In this document: piece by piece, positions 38,099 through 47,690 of the stretch
How positions within the stretch are numbered: the first letter of the stretch is position 1
Layout: the number at the start of each line of letters is the position of its first letter
NCBI GenBank assembly: GCA_048938385.1
Contig: JBHLMG010000010.1
Span: 1 to 64,000, forward strand
Length of the DNA: 64,000 nt
DNA from: Promethearchaeota archaeon
Lineage (GTDB): Archaea; Asgardarchaeota; Hermodarchaeia; Hermodarchaeales; Hermodarchaeaceae
Reading direction: 5' to 3'
Translations under genes and position numbers: made by a program
The notes under the pieces: generated by a model
The model's input: only the letters and a program-made list of their open reading frames with translations
Databases searched by the model: none
Told to the model about the DNA's origin: nothing

Positions 38099-38339
38099 AA
38101 TCTTAACCGTGTTAATTATTTACTTAAACACATATATAAGCATTTTCGTTTGCACTAATAATCACCTAGACAAACGCATTCCCATCTAAACAAGCAAACG
38201 CAAAACGAATGAGATACCGTTCAAAAACCTTGAACAGGGTGTTCTAAGCCGTAGGATAAAGAGCTATCACACACCTTAATCTATGAGCCCGACTTGCACT
38301 CAACAGGCCTAAAGCAATGTACTGCGAGGTAATTAACAC

Positions 38340-39320
38340 ATGACTCTTCGTGAATTTGTTCTCCGACGAGTTATCAACAGTGTCATTCTCGTTCTTGGAG
38401 CCATCGTCTTCAATTTCTTCGTCTTTAGAATGATGCCAGGTGATCCTGTTGCGATTCTTATCAGCCCCACAATGATAGGAGGCCAAGCCGATCTAGCTGA
38501 GGCTCTTCGAAGGATGTGGGGATTAGATCAACCCATGCATGTACAGTTTGCCTTATACATACAGAACATGCTCACTTTCAACTTCGGTAATTCTTTCACT
38601 GAGGGATTTCGCCCCGTCATTGAATCTATTGCAGCCCGTCTTCCAAACACCCTCCTCCTCATGGGCACAGCTGCAGTGCTCACCATCATAATGGGCGTGG
38701 TCACGGGTATTAGTGCTGCAGCCAAGCGTGGAGGGAAAACGGACATGAGCCTAGTAATCAGCGCATTAACCTTCTATTCCATTCCGACCTTCTGGCTGGG
38801 AATGATGTTTATCATGCTTCTTGGCTTCTTCATCCCCATCTTTCCGTTAGGTGGAACTGTCTCGGTTCCAATTCCGGAAGATCCACTGGCTTATGCGGTA
38901 TCAGTTGGCCATCATCTCTTCCTGCCAGCTCTGACGCTGGCCTTAGTGTCTTATGGAGGCTATATGCTCGTAATGCGTAACAGCCTCATCGATGTCCTCA
39001 CCGAAGATTACATCGTGACCGCCCGCGCGAAGGGCGTCGATGAACGAAATGTTCTCTACAAACACGCCTTACGCAACGCCATCCTTCCTCTTGTCACGAT
39101 GATCGCGTTGACTTTTGGATTCCTCATTACGGGTGCGACATTAACTGAGACTGTTTTCAATTGGTACGGGCTCGGGCGACTCATCTTCGATTCCGTCATG
39201 CTACAAAATTACCCTGTCCTCCAGGCCATCTTCTATATCATGGCCTTAACGGTCATCGTAGCCAATTTCATCGCTGACCTCTTGTATGGTTTTCTAGATC
39301 CTCGCGTCCGATACGACTAG
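38340..39320 (+). CDS. dppB: Peptide/nickel ABC transporter permease (DppB/OppB family)
   Basis: MPGDP, RLPNTL, EDYIVTARAKG, HALRNA and DPRVR motifs. Confidence 0.93.
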   Translation: MTLREFVLRRVINSVILVLGAIVFNFFVFRMMPGDPVAILISPTMIGGQADLAEALRRMWGLDQPMHVQFALYIQNMLTFNFGNSFTEGFRPVIESIAARLPNTLLLMGTAAVLTIIMGVVTGISAAAKRGGKTDMSLVISALTFYSIPTFWLGMMFIMLLGFFIPIFPLGGTVSVPIPEDPLAYAVSVGHHLFLPALTLALVSYGGYMLVMRNSLIDVLTEDYIVTARAKGVDERNVLYKHALRNAILPLVTMIALTFGFLITGATLTETVFNWYGLGRLIFDSVMLQNYPVLQAIFYIMALTVIVANFIADLLYGFLDPRVRYD

Positions 39321-39346
39321 AAGAAGGCACCTTCCAAACAAACCTC

Positions 39347-39370
39347 GAAGGGCGGGTTTCCCCGCCCTTC
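39347..39370. terminator. Perfect 10-bp hairpin after dppB
   Basis: gaagggcggg-tttc-cccgcccttc; the loop reads GAAA on the minus strand. Confidence 0.6.
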
Positions 39371-39613
39371 ACTACTAATTTTCACTGTATTTGATTAGGA
39401 GCGCACCACTGGATAACTGGTTCGAACTCTTTGAAGCAGGGGGTGTAACCAGTTCGTCTTGCACTTACCATTAGCGTTTTATGTTCTGTGAAATGAACCA
39501 TCCCCCACCTATGCGATAGTTATTCTCAATCTATGCGGTTATCTCTTGCATAGATTGGATGATTCCTCGCATCTCTCAGCACTCAATTTAACGAATAATC
39601 TGAGGACTGTTAC

Positions 39614-40366
39614 ATGTTCCAGAAGACTCGTATTCCGTCTCAAACCCTTATAGCCTGTACGATAGTCTTGCTGTTATTCGCGCTTTTTTGCACAAATACT
39701 TGCTCAGCAGTAATTGTCTGGCAAGAGGACTTTAACGATGGCACTTACGATGGATGGACAATATACTTGGGTGAATTTCAAATCGCTGATAATGTGCTTA
39801 TTGCCAATGGAAGCTTCGGTGTATGGAATTTCATCCGGTACCCGAGTGATGTCGCGTACGGATTTTGGAGCTTTGATGTTCTCTCAGAAGACGCACCTCA
39901 GAACCACACTTATGTCTACATCATATCGAGTAGCATCACCGATGTTCCGAACTACCGGTTGTGTATCTGGACTGGTTCTTACCTAAACTGGGCACCCAGT
40001 CCGGGTGTTTCGCTCTTGAAACAAAACAACAGTGGAACATTCTCGATCGCTGGTTGGTTCACCGGAACTTTGAGCGGCTGGCATTCTTACAATGTGACTC
40101 GAGACCAAACCGGACTATTCAACATCTTTGTTGATGGAACACTACGAATCACGGTCAGAGACAACGATATCACGACATCGGGCTACTTCCGATTCGGAGC
40201 CCAAGAGAACTCAGGCATTGACAATATTATCGTCGGTGACTTTTCAACAATTACACCAACTAGCACGCCACCGCCTATCCCTGGATTTCCTTTACTAGCC
40301 ATCCTGATCGCAGTACCCTTCGCTCTCGGTTTCGCTATAATCTTACGCCGTCGTAATGTGCTCTAA
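39614..40366 (+). CDS. Secreted beta-sandwich (ConA/LamG-like) protein with PGF-CTERM-like anchor
   Basis: Signal peptide, EDFNDG..GW and GWHSYNVTRD..IFVDG motifs, C-terminal PPIPGFP-TM-RRR. Confidence 0.78.
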   Translation: MFQKTRIPSQTLIACTIVLLLFALFCTNTCSAVIVWQEDFNDGTYDGWTIYLGEFQIADNVLIANGSFGVWNFIRYPSDVAYGFWSFDVLSEDAPQNHTYVYIISSSITDVPNYRLCIWTGSYLNWAPSPGVSLLKQNNSGTFSIAGWFTGTLSGWHSYNVTRDQTGLFNIFVDGTLRITVRDNDITTSGYFRFGAQENSGIDNIIVGDFSTITPTSTPPPIPGFPLLAILIAVPFALGFAIILRRRNVL

Positions 40367-40481
40367 ACGCGCCACTCAGACTAAAGCTCTTCGTAAAAGG
40401 TTATTTCTTTGGCTCAATTGTCAGATTGTTAGATTATTGTTAGTATTAAGAATAATCGTCAATGAGTACCAGAGTCCATTG

Positions 40482-41003
40482 CTAGTTTGGTTTATCTACG
40501 GGACGAAAATATAGTTGAACCCACATACCAGGGGCTTGTTCATAAGGCGACCCTTTAGGTCGAAAGCCAAAGCTTTCGACGAGAGCACGCATGGTGAGGT
40601 GGTCCTCGAGAATGTTGCAAAGGTTTCCAGGGGCATTACCTTCTCGGGCATAGTTGATGAATTGGCGATACATGGCACGGACTAGCCCGCGATGACGGTA
40701 ATTGGGGTGCACGGTTTGGTGTTCACCCAACACCCCTTCAGGGGTTAAGACGGTTTTATAGAATCCAACGAGGCGGTTATTCAGACGAGCTCCAAAATAC
40801 CGGATGCCTTTTTGCATCTCTGTAATAATTTCATTAGCAGTGAGGACCCGCTTATTTCGCCACTCTAAAGGGATGTGATCGGCGTATGGCCAAACCAAGG
40901 CGAGAAGTTCAGCGATTTCAGTCGCATCTGCCTCTGTGAGTTCTTCAATGTGGATCTCTTCATCTTCCGGTGGAAAGTCCTTAGTGCTGGGTGGTATGGA
41001 CAT
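40482..41003 (-). CDS. GNAT family N-acetyltransferase
   Basis: TVHPNYRHRGLVRAM motif A and ESFGF. Start at 41003 or 41030 to avoid overlap with the radical SAM gene. Confidence 0.85.
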   Translation of the reverse strand: MSIPPSTKDFPPEDEEIHIEELTEADATEIAELLALVWPYADHIPLEWRNKRVLTANEIITEMQKGIRYFGARLNNRLVGFYKTVLTPEGVLGEHQTVHPNYRHRGLVRAMYRQFINYAREGNAPGNLCNILEDHLTMRALVESFGFRPKGSPYEQAPGMWVQLYFRPVDKPN

Positions 41004-41031
41004 GGCGGGTACCCTTTGTGAAGTGCGCATA

Positions 41032-42180
41032 TCAATGCTTGCTTTGAGACTGGGCTCGGATAACCTGGTAAGCCTCAGTGATCGCCGTACAACCGGTGCA
41101 CCTAATACATCCAGCTCGGTGAGAGTGAGGATCGAGGTTATGGTCCCAGAGGAGTTGGGCACAATCTAAGTAAACAGTAACGATCTGATCTAAGTGACTA
41201 ATATAGCTTGGAATATGGTTTTCAAGCCGCGAACCAGGATTGGGTCGATAGGGTACAGGCACGGGAATGGTTCCGGTTTCTATCGTTTCCTTAAACCCAG
41301 TATGCAGTTGTTTAGGGGTTTCTCCTAGTCCTAGTAAAACAAAGGTGCTGACTTGTCCACGACCAAACAATTCTGTGGCTATCCGCCAAGATTGGAGATA
41401 TTCTTGGTAGCTCGCATGGTGGAATTTTCCGGGACAGTACCGTTTTCGGAGTGAATCATTGTAGATTTCTAGGTGAATACCCACGGTGTCCACGCCGGCT
41501 TTTTTTAGGCCTTGGAGGAGGGTGGGAGGTTTCGGGGGTTCGAGTTGTACATGGATGGGAATGTCAGAGTGTTTACGGATCTGCGATACGAAATCTATGT
41601 ATTCCTCGATGCCTCGATCTGACCGATCAGGACTCCCAATGGTTAAGGTGAGATGGCTAGCTCGCCCTTCTTTTTTGGCGGCTTTTAGGACAGCGAGGAA
41701 TTGGTCTGGGGATTTATAGAGGACTGTTTGGCGGTTTTCTAAGCTGACTGGGATGCTACAGAAGTGGCATTCTTGACCTTTGTTGAAGTATGCGCAATGT
41801 TGGATGATGGTAGTGGCAAGGCAATCTTGCCCGTGAACTAAGGCGATATGGGTCATAGGAGTACCATCGCGAAGTATGTCGTCATAATACACCGGTTGAG
41901 GGATGAGCTCTACCTCAGGTTGTGTGCCCTCGAACTGGTCGACACGGAATCGATTCGCTGATAGATGTAGCAGTTTAAGAGAATGAAACTGTTTAGCGCT
42001 TTTTCCTCCTCGGACCGGGGCATTAACAAGAACATCTCTGTTGATGAGAAAATAACGACCGAGAGTTGGTCCTGCTCCTCCTAAGCGCCCAAGATGTTCA
42101 GTTGGTGGGAGTTGAACACCACGAGTGAGCATTGCAACTTTTAGTTGCAGGATGGAAAGCTCAGGAAGAATCGTAGACAC
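41032..42180 (-). CDS. Radical SAM protein (MSMEG_0568/NitD-like)
   Basis: HGQDCLATTIIQHC-x8-CHFC, PIHVQLEPP, VGIHLE and C-terminal AGCIRCTGC. Confidence 0.8.
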   Translation of the reverse strand: MSTILPELSILQLKVAMLTRGVQLPPTEHLGRLGGAGPTLGRYFLINRDVLVNAPVRGGKSAKQFHSLKLLHLSANRFRVDQFEGTQPEVELIPQPVYYDDILRDGTPMTHIALVHGQDCLATTIIQHCAYFNKGQECHFCSIPVSLENRQTVLYKSPDQFLAVLKAAKKEGRASHLTLTIGSPDRSDRGIEEYIDFVSQIRKHSDIPIHVQLEPPKPPTLLQGLKKAGVDTVGIHLEIYNDSLRKRYCPGKFHHASYQEYLQSWRIATELFGRGQVSTFVLLGLGETPKQLHTGFKETIETGTIPVPVPYRPNPGSRLENHIPSYISHLDQIVTVYLDCAQLLWDHNLDPHSHRAGCIRCTGCTAITEAYQVIRAQSQSKH

Positions 42181-42280
42181 TGTTCTCGCCGTTAGAATAT
42201 ACTTTGTTAAGGGTCCACCTAAAACTTTCTGTCTTACATATTCTGGGCTAGGGAAACTCTCTGAAATCTAATATTATGTG

Positions 42281-43231
42281 TTAGGAACGGAGCTTGTTGA
42301 AGAGAGGGGATAGATCGACATTTCCCCCGCTGAGAATTACACCGATGCGTTGGTTATCCAATTGCTTTTCTAAATGAAAGACTCCCGCAAGCGCGGTAGC
42401 ACCGGATGGTTCGATGACGAGTTTCATGCGTTCGAAGATGAATCTCATTGCTTCGAGGATTTCCTCCTCTGAGACGGTGATGATGTCGTTGACATGCGAT
42501 TGGATTATCGAAAAGGTTAACTTACTTAGACCGGTTCGAAGACCGTCGGCGATGGTGTTGGGATTTTCACTAGGCAGAAGCTTCTTCGCTTTAAAGGATC
42601 GATAGGCATCGTCAGCGTTTGCAGGTTCGACGCCAATAACTTTTCCTCTCGGATTTAGTCCCTTTGATGCGATGGCAGTTCCACTGATGAGTCCACCTCC
42701 CCCCACAGGCACAAAAAGATAGTCGAGGGCACCGACTTCCTGAATGAGTTCTAAGGCAGCAGTACCGGCACCTGCAATCACATGGGGGTTATCGTAGGCG
42801 TGGATGAGAACATAGTTGTGTTTTTTGATTAACTCCTTGGTGACTTCTTCGCGTGATGCAAGTGTGGGTTCGCAGAACACCACTTCTGCACCGTATCCTT
42901 TGGTAGCTTCAATTTTAACTTGCGCGGAATCTTTGGGCATCACAATGGTGACAGGGATCTCAAGCATTTTAGCCGCTAATGCAACGGCTTGGGCGTGGTT
43001 GCCTGAGGAATGGGTGATAACACCACGCTTTTTCTCAGTGGAGGAAAGCTGAGAGATAGCGTTGTAGGCACCTCGGAATTTGAAAGCGCCGATGCGTTGG
43101 AAGTTTTCACATTTGAAGAAAAGGCTACAATTCGTTCGACGATTTGCCGTTAAGGAAGTCATCAAAGGAGTTTGGATGCATGCGCGTCGAATTCGTTCAT
43201 AGGCTTCTTGGACTTCCTTAAGAGTAATCAT
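42281..43231 (-). CDS. PLP-dependent threonine/serine dehydratase-racemase family enzyme
   Basis: KCENFQRIGAFKFRGA, SSGNHAQA, PVGGGGL and ILSGGNVD. Confidence 0.93.
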   Translation of the reverse strand: MITLKEVQEAYERIRRACIQTPLMTSLTANRRTNCSLFFKCENFQRIGAFKFRGAYNAISQLSSTEKKRGVITHSSGNHAQAVALAAKMLEIPVTIVMPKDSAQVKIEATKGYGAEVVFCEPTLASREEVTKELIKKHNYVLIHAYDNPHVIAGAGTAALELIQEVGALDYLFVPVGGGGLISGTAIASKGLNPRGKVIGVEPANADDAYRSFKAKKLLPSENPNTIADGLRTGLSKLTFSIIQSHVNDIITVSEEEILEAMRFIFERMKLVIEPSGATALAGVFHLEKQLDNQRIGVILSGGNVDLSPLFNKLRS

Positions 43232-43372
43232 ACTTCATACTAGGATGTCAGGGACCATAAGTGTTCAGATTCTAACTGTGTTGTTGAAAAATCGAGGTGG
43301 AGAAAGATTTTATTACATTGCTTGTGGGGTTGTATCCCTTCATTCACAACCGATTCGAGGATGACATGAAAC

Positions 43373-44314
43373 ATGGCGAAACGAATGGTTATTGCAATCG
43401 GAGGTAACTCCCTCATCAAGGATAAAACTCACATGACTGTTCCTGATCAGTATGTGGCAGCCATGGAAACCATGCCCCACATCGTGGATTTGGTCGAACA
43501 GGGTTGGGATATTGCAATTACTCACGGGAACGGACCGCAAGTTGGTTTTATCCTACGCCGCTCGGAACTCGCATCCCACGAATTGCATGAAGTCCCCCTT
43601 GATTTTTGTGGTGCTGACACCCAAGGTGCCATAGGGTATATGCTGCAACAAATTTTACACAACGAGTTCCGTCGCCGCCACCTCTCAAAACAATCTGTTA
43701 CAGTAGTCACACAGGTACTTGTGGATCGCAATGACCCTGCATTTACTAACCCTAACAAACCTATAGGGTCATTCATGGAACAATCAATGGCTGACCGCCG
43801 GAAAGCTGAAGGATGGCATGTCGTAGAAGATGCTGGTAGAGGATGGCGACGAGTGGTTCCTTCACCGATTCCTCAGCGTGTAATTGAAGCTCGTGCGGTC
43901 GTGAATCTGTTAGAGGATGGTTATATAGTCATTACTGCAGGAGGGGGTGGGATACCCGTAATTGAAAATGACCAGGGGAATTTAGAGGGCGTCGCTGCTG
44001 TCATTGATAAGGATCGGGCTTCAGCGCTGTTGTGTCAGGCAATTGATGCGAAGCGATTCATCATCTCTACTTCTATTGACAGAGTATACCTCAATTTCGG
44101 GAAGCCAAACCAAACCGCGATTGATCGAATGACCTTAAGTGAGGCAAAACAATACCTCAAGGAAGGACACTTTGCACCTGGATCTATGGCACCTAAAATT
44201 GAGTCCGTGATTGCTTTTATTGAAAATGGTGGAGAGCTTGCGATAATCACCAGTCCAGAAAATCTAGCCGCGGCCTTGGATGGTAAGGCAGGTACTCGTA
44301 TCGTCCCTGATTAG
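43373..44314 (+). CDS. arcC: Carbamate kinase
   Basis: AIGGNS, THGNGPQVG, KPIG, WRRVVPSP, GGGGIPV and GSMAPK. Confidence 0.95.
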   Translation: MAKRMVIAIGGNSLIKDKTHMTVPDQYVAAMETMPHIVDLVEQGWDIAITHGNGPQVGFILRRSELASHELHEVPLDFCGADTQGAIGYMLQQILHNEFRRRHLSKQSVTVVTQVLVDRNDPAFTNPNKPIGSFMEQSMADRRKAEGWHVVEDAGRGWRRVVPSPIPQRVIEARAVVNLLEDGYIVITAGGGGIPVIENDQGNLEGVAAVIDKDRASALLCQAIDAKRFIISTSIDRVYLNFGKPNQTAIDRMTLSEAKQYLKEGHFAPGSMAPKIESVIAFIENGGELAIITSPENLAAALDGKAGTRIVPD

Positions 44315-44386
44315 TAAAATTTTCAAAAGCTCTTGGCTTCATGCCTAACCAACAAGCCTTTTGAGTGATATGAGAGAGGAATCATT

Positions 44387-45217
44387 GTGATTTCTCAGAT
44401 TGTTGAAAAAGTAGCACAGTATCAAACGGAGGATGTTTTGCGCCTTCTTGAAAAGGTTCGGTTGATTCTCCGCCAAGAACCTCTCCTAGTACGACTTCCT
44501 AAAGCTCCTTTGGTCTTTATTGGTGACATTCATGGCGATTGGGAAGCAACACAAGCTCTTCTGCACCGTTATTGGGAAACGCCAACAGTACTTGTATTCT
44601 TAGGTGACTATGTGGACCGCGGACCTCATCAACTCGAAAACATCAATCTTTTGTACACTTTAAAGGTTCAACAGCCTCTACGTGTTATTCTATTACGGGG
44701 AAATCACGAACTTCCTAGTATTAACCGAAGCTATGGATTCTACAACGAAATTCAACGCGTTTATGGGAATATCAGCGAGAAATATTGGGAAGTCTTTGCG
44801 GAACACGCCCTAGCTGGGGTTAGTCAAGCACAAAGACTCTTTGCCGTGCATGGAGGCATTCCGCAAGGGCTTGACTCAATTGAAGAAATTGTAACACTTC
44901 CGCGTGAAATCGAACCAGAAAATCCCATTACGATTCAGCTGTTATGGAATGACCCAAAAGAAGGGTTGAAACGCTTTGCACCATCTATGCGTGGATCTCG
45001 AATCTATTATTTTGGCCAAGAGGTTACGGAAAAATTCATGACAATGAACAATCTAGATCTTATCGTCCGTGCCCATGAAGTCTTCCCCCAAGGAATTAAG
45101 GAGTTCTTTCAAGGTCGAATCGTGAGTCTATTTTCCTGTCGTAACTATCGTGGTCCGATTGCAGGAAAAGTCCTCTATGTAGATACCACAGGACAACGAA
45201 CTATTGTAGCAGTCTAA
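44387..45217 (+). CDS. PPP-family Ser/Thr protein phosphatase (PP1-like)
   Basis: GDIHG, GDYVDRG, RGNHE, VHGG, LLWNDP, RAHE and SLFS..NY. Confidence 0.92.
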   Translation: MISQIVEKVAQYQTEDVLRLLEKVRLILRQEPLLVRLPKAPLVFIGDIHGDWEATQALLHRYWETPTVLVFLGDYVDRGPHQLENINLLYTLKVQQPLRVILLRGNHELPSINRSYGFYNEIQRVYGNISEKYWEVFAEHALAGVSQAQRLFAVHGGIPQGLDSIEEIVTLPREIEPENPITIQLLWNDPKEGLKRFAPSMRGSRIYYFGQEVTEKFMTMNNLDLIVRAHEVFPQGIKEFFQGRIVSLFSCRNYRGPIAGKVLYVDTTGQRTIVAV

Positions 45218-45236
45218 CCATCATAGCATCTAATAG

Positions 45237-45575
45237 CTATAGTGCCCTGAGTAGATCAAGGCGAGTAAATGGTTTTTCTAAAAACCGGATACCCTCGTGA
45301 GCAGCAATCTCCCTACCTCGAAACTTCGTACCCATGAGAACGATTGTAAAACCCTCTTGTTTCAAGCTCTTGATGAACCCTGTCGTTTCAGCGTGGCCCA
45401 TCCAAAAATCAAGCAAGATTATTTTAGGAGGCGTCTCACAGGCATTGAGGGCATGGCGAAATGCCTCCAACTTTGCCAATCCTTGACACACAATGTATCC
45501 TCCTTCAATCAACATCTGTTCGAGGGCAAATCGAAAGGAAGCCTGTGGTGACACAACCATTACTGCTGTTGTCAT
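45237..45575 (-). CDS. Stand-alone atypical receiver-domain protein
   Basis: IILLDFWM (Asp) and FLEKPF (Lys) are retained, but the beta1 acidic pair is replaced (VMVVSP). Confidence 0.75.
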   Translation of the reverse strand: MTTAVMVVSPQASFRFALEQMLIEGGYIVCQGLAKLEAFRHALNACETPPKIILLDFWMGHAETTGFIKSLKQEGFTIVLMGTKFRGREIAAHEGIRFLEKPFTRLDLLRAL

Positions 45576-45579
45576 GATC

Positions 45580-47580
45580 TCACCCCGTGGAGTCGCTTTT
45601 TTGCCCTGATTTATGGAGGTATTTTTGCCCTCGTTTAGCTAAAGGGAGTAAAATCCGGAGCACTGTCCCATATTGAGCTTCTTCAGTTACACGGTTTTCA
45701 ATTCGGAATTTACCTCTAAAATAATCAACTAGAACGGGTACTACGAGGAGATTTGGATTTCCGCGTTGTGGTTCTTCTGGAATGAAGCGAAAAAGCAGCG
45801 ATTTTTCAACATCGCTCAGTACCCATTTCGGATGAGATATTTCCGTTTGCCAATACTCGACATCATATTCTGTGACTCGTGAAAGAGTTACAGCAATGGT
45901 GGTTGAAACGCCACTATCCACTTCTAACATATGACGAAGAATAGGAAGAAAGATACGGTTCACATATTGATTCGCAAATATGTAACAAGATTCCTCAGGA
46001 AGGTTTAGAGCAACCTTACTTGATGATTCAGGGATCATCTCTTGGAGTTCGGAGAGAAGCTGGGTCATAATCGAACATAAGTCTAGGCGTTGAAGTTCTG
46101 GTAAGGCTTGAGCATCAATGAGGCGGAGAAGTTGAATACTATCTTGGAGATATTGAGTTTCTGCAACTTCGACTTGAACCCGCTCGAATAGCTGTTTTTG
46201 TTCAAGGGAATCTGTGGTCTGATTTCCTAGCTCTGCGAGACTGAGAATGTTTTGCATTCGATTCGTAAGTTGATTCCCAAGCAAGGCAAAATAGTAGTCT
46301 AATCGTGACAGTTGCGATGTGGAAGGTAGACGAAGCCGGTGTTCAGAAATGGTGAAGCGTCTAAGTTCTGCCCGGACTCGTGCCATTTCAGTCAGGATTT
46401 GAATGAAAGTGTCGGATATCGCTTGGAGTTCAGAAAAGATGAGTCCAGGAGGTTCGGTGTAGGCTGTAATTCCAGGTTCAATGACTGCAGAGGTTTCAAT
46501 TTGTAAATTTTGAAGGGGGTGATTGAGTAGGAAAGAGAGGTAGTAACTGACAGCTCCACCTACCGTGAGGATAACGCCTAAAGTGATGAGGAACATGACA
46601 CCAATATTCTGGAGGGCTACAGTAGCCAGGGGCGCGGTGAGGTACAAAGATAAAATGTGATCGGTCACGGTGATGAATGCGATAGCACTGAGAGTAAGGA
46701 TGACTGCTAGAGTGATGATTAGGACAATGCGGTTGATCTGTGCATATCGGATGGACACAGGACGCCCCATGTGTGTTCCTTGTAAGCCTTCCATGAAGAT
46801 GTTCAACACGGCGATGAGGAAAGAAAAGATGGCAAAGAGGGTAAGAGTATCAGAGATAGAGCCAGAATAGAAAATGGTGTCAATCACGGTAAAACCCATG
46901 GCGTATTGGAAGGCAAATGCGGTATATGCTAAGACGAGGAGGAGACTCGCTGTCACTAATAGAAACCGACTGCGGGTACCTATGACTTCGCGAGGAGGAT
47001 TCCGGTTAAAGTAGAAGCTCCAGGCAAATATTGCAGTAAAAAACCCTACAAGTATTCTTAAGCCTAAGCCAATAGCTGGGATTATCGGAGGATGAAAGGT
47101 AAGGTTCATCTGGTAAGTTGAAAAAATGCACAGCAGAAAGAAGAGTGTGATGAGGAGATAACCAAGCAGTTGTCTAAAGGATCGACGCTGGGGTTCAATC
47201 GATACCATGGCGAATCCTACTAGGAGAACGATGTTGGCGATAGCTGAAAGATATGCGGTGCCATTGGGAAAGGTAATGGAAAACCCGAGAAAGAGGATTT
47301 CAACTAAGAGCCAAAAATTGGCAATTACTCCTATCAAACTTGTGATTGCAACGATAATGGCCAACCGGCGAGCGACTTGGTTGTGATAACCTAACAGTAA
47401 AAGACAGATGCCAAAAAGAGTTAGGAAGACGACGAAGTAGGCACTGATGAGATAGACCAACGCGAGTTCAGGGGTTAGAAATCCCAGAATCAGAGGAATA
47501 ACGGAAAGTGCAAAAGCGATGAGGAACGCAGCTGCCAAAACCCTGTGCGCGTCAGCCTTTAACCATTGACTAAATTTCAT
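45580..47580 (-). CDS. Multi-TM sensor with HAMP and degenerate histidine-kinase domains (pseudokinase)
   Basis: About nine TM helices, HAMP-like HPLQNL..SELQAI..F, and an HK-like scaffold ending GTVLRILLP. H, N and G box residues are absent. Confidence 0.7.
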   Translation of the reverse strand: MKFSQWLKADAHRVLAAAFLIAFALSVIPLILGFLTPELALVYLISAYFVVFLTLFGICLLLLGYHNQVARRLAIIVAITSLIGVIANFWLLVEILFLGFSITFPNGTAYLSAIANIVLLVGFAMVSIEPQRRSFRQLLGYLLITLFFLLCIFSTYQMNLTFHPPIIPAIGLGLRILVGFFTAIFAWSFYFNRNPPREVIGTRSRFLLVTASLLLVLAYTAFAFQYAMGFTVIDTIFYSGSISDTLTLFAIFSFLIAVLNIFMEGLQGTHMGRPVSIRYAQINRIVLIITLAVILTLSAIAFITVTDHILSLYLTAPLATVALQNIGVMFLITLGVILTVGGAVSYYLSFLLNHPLQNLQIETSAVIEPGITAYTEPPGLIFSELQAISDTFIQILTEMARVRAELRRFTISEHRLRLPSTSQLSRLDYYFALLGNQLTNRMQNILSLAELGNQTTDSLEQKQLFERVQVEVAETQYLQDSIQLLRLIDAQALPELQRLDLCSIMTQLLSELQEMIPESSSKVALNLPEESCYIFANQYVNRIFLPILRHMLEVDSGVSTTIAVTLSRVTEYDVEYWQTEISHPKWVLSDVEKSLLFRFIPEEPQRGNPNLLVVPVLVDYFRGKFRIENRVTEEAQYGTVLRILLPLAKRGQKYLHKSGQKSDSTG

Positions 47581-47690
47581 TGGGGATAAACCTCACCCAC
47601 CCAGCCTTTCACTAGGCGATAAACAGGACGACATTCTGAAGGCTAAAAAAGCTTTTCACACTGTCGCCATTCCTTGTAATTATCCTAGAA

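Noticed and set aside
39347-39445. SECIS element or IS200/IS605 end
   Set aside because: No convincing SECIS core, no in-frame TGA in a recognisable selenoprotein, and no tnpA/tnpB remnant.
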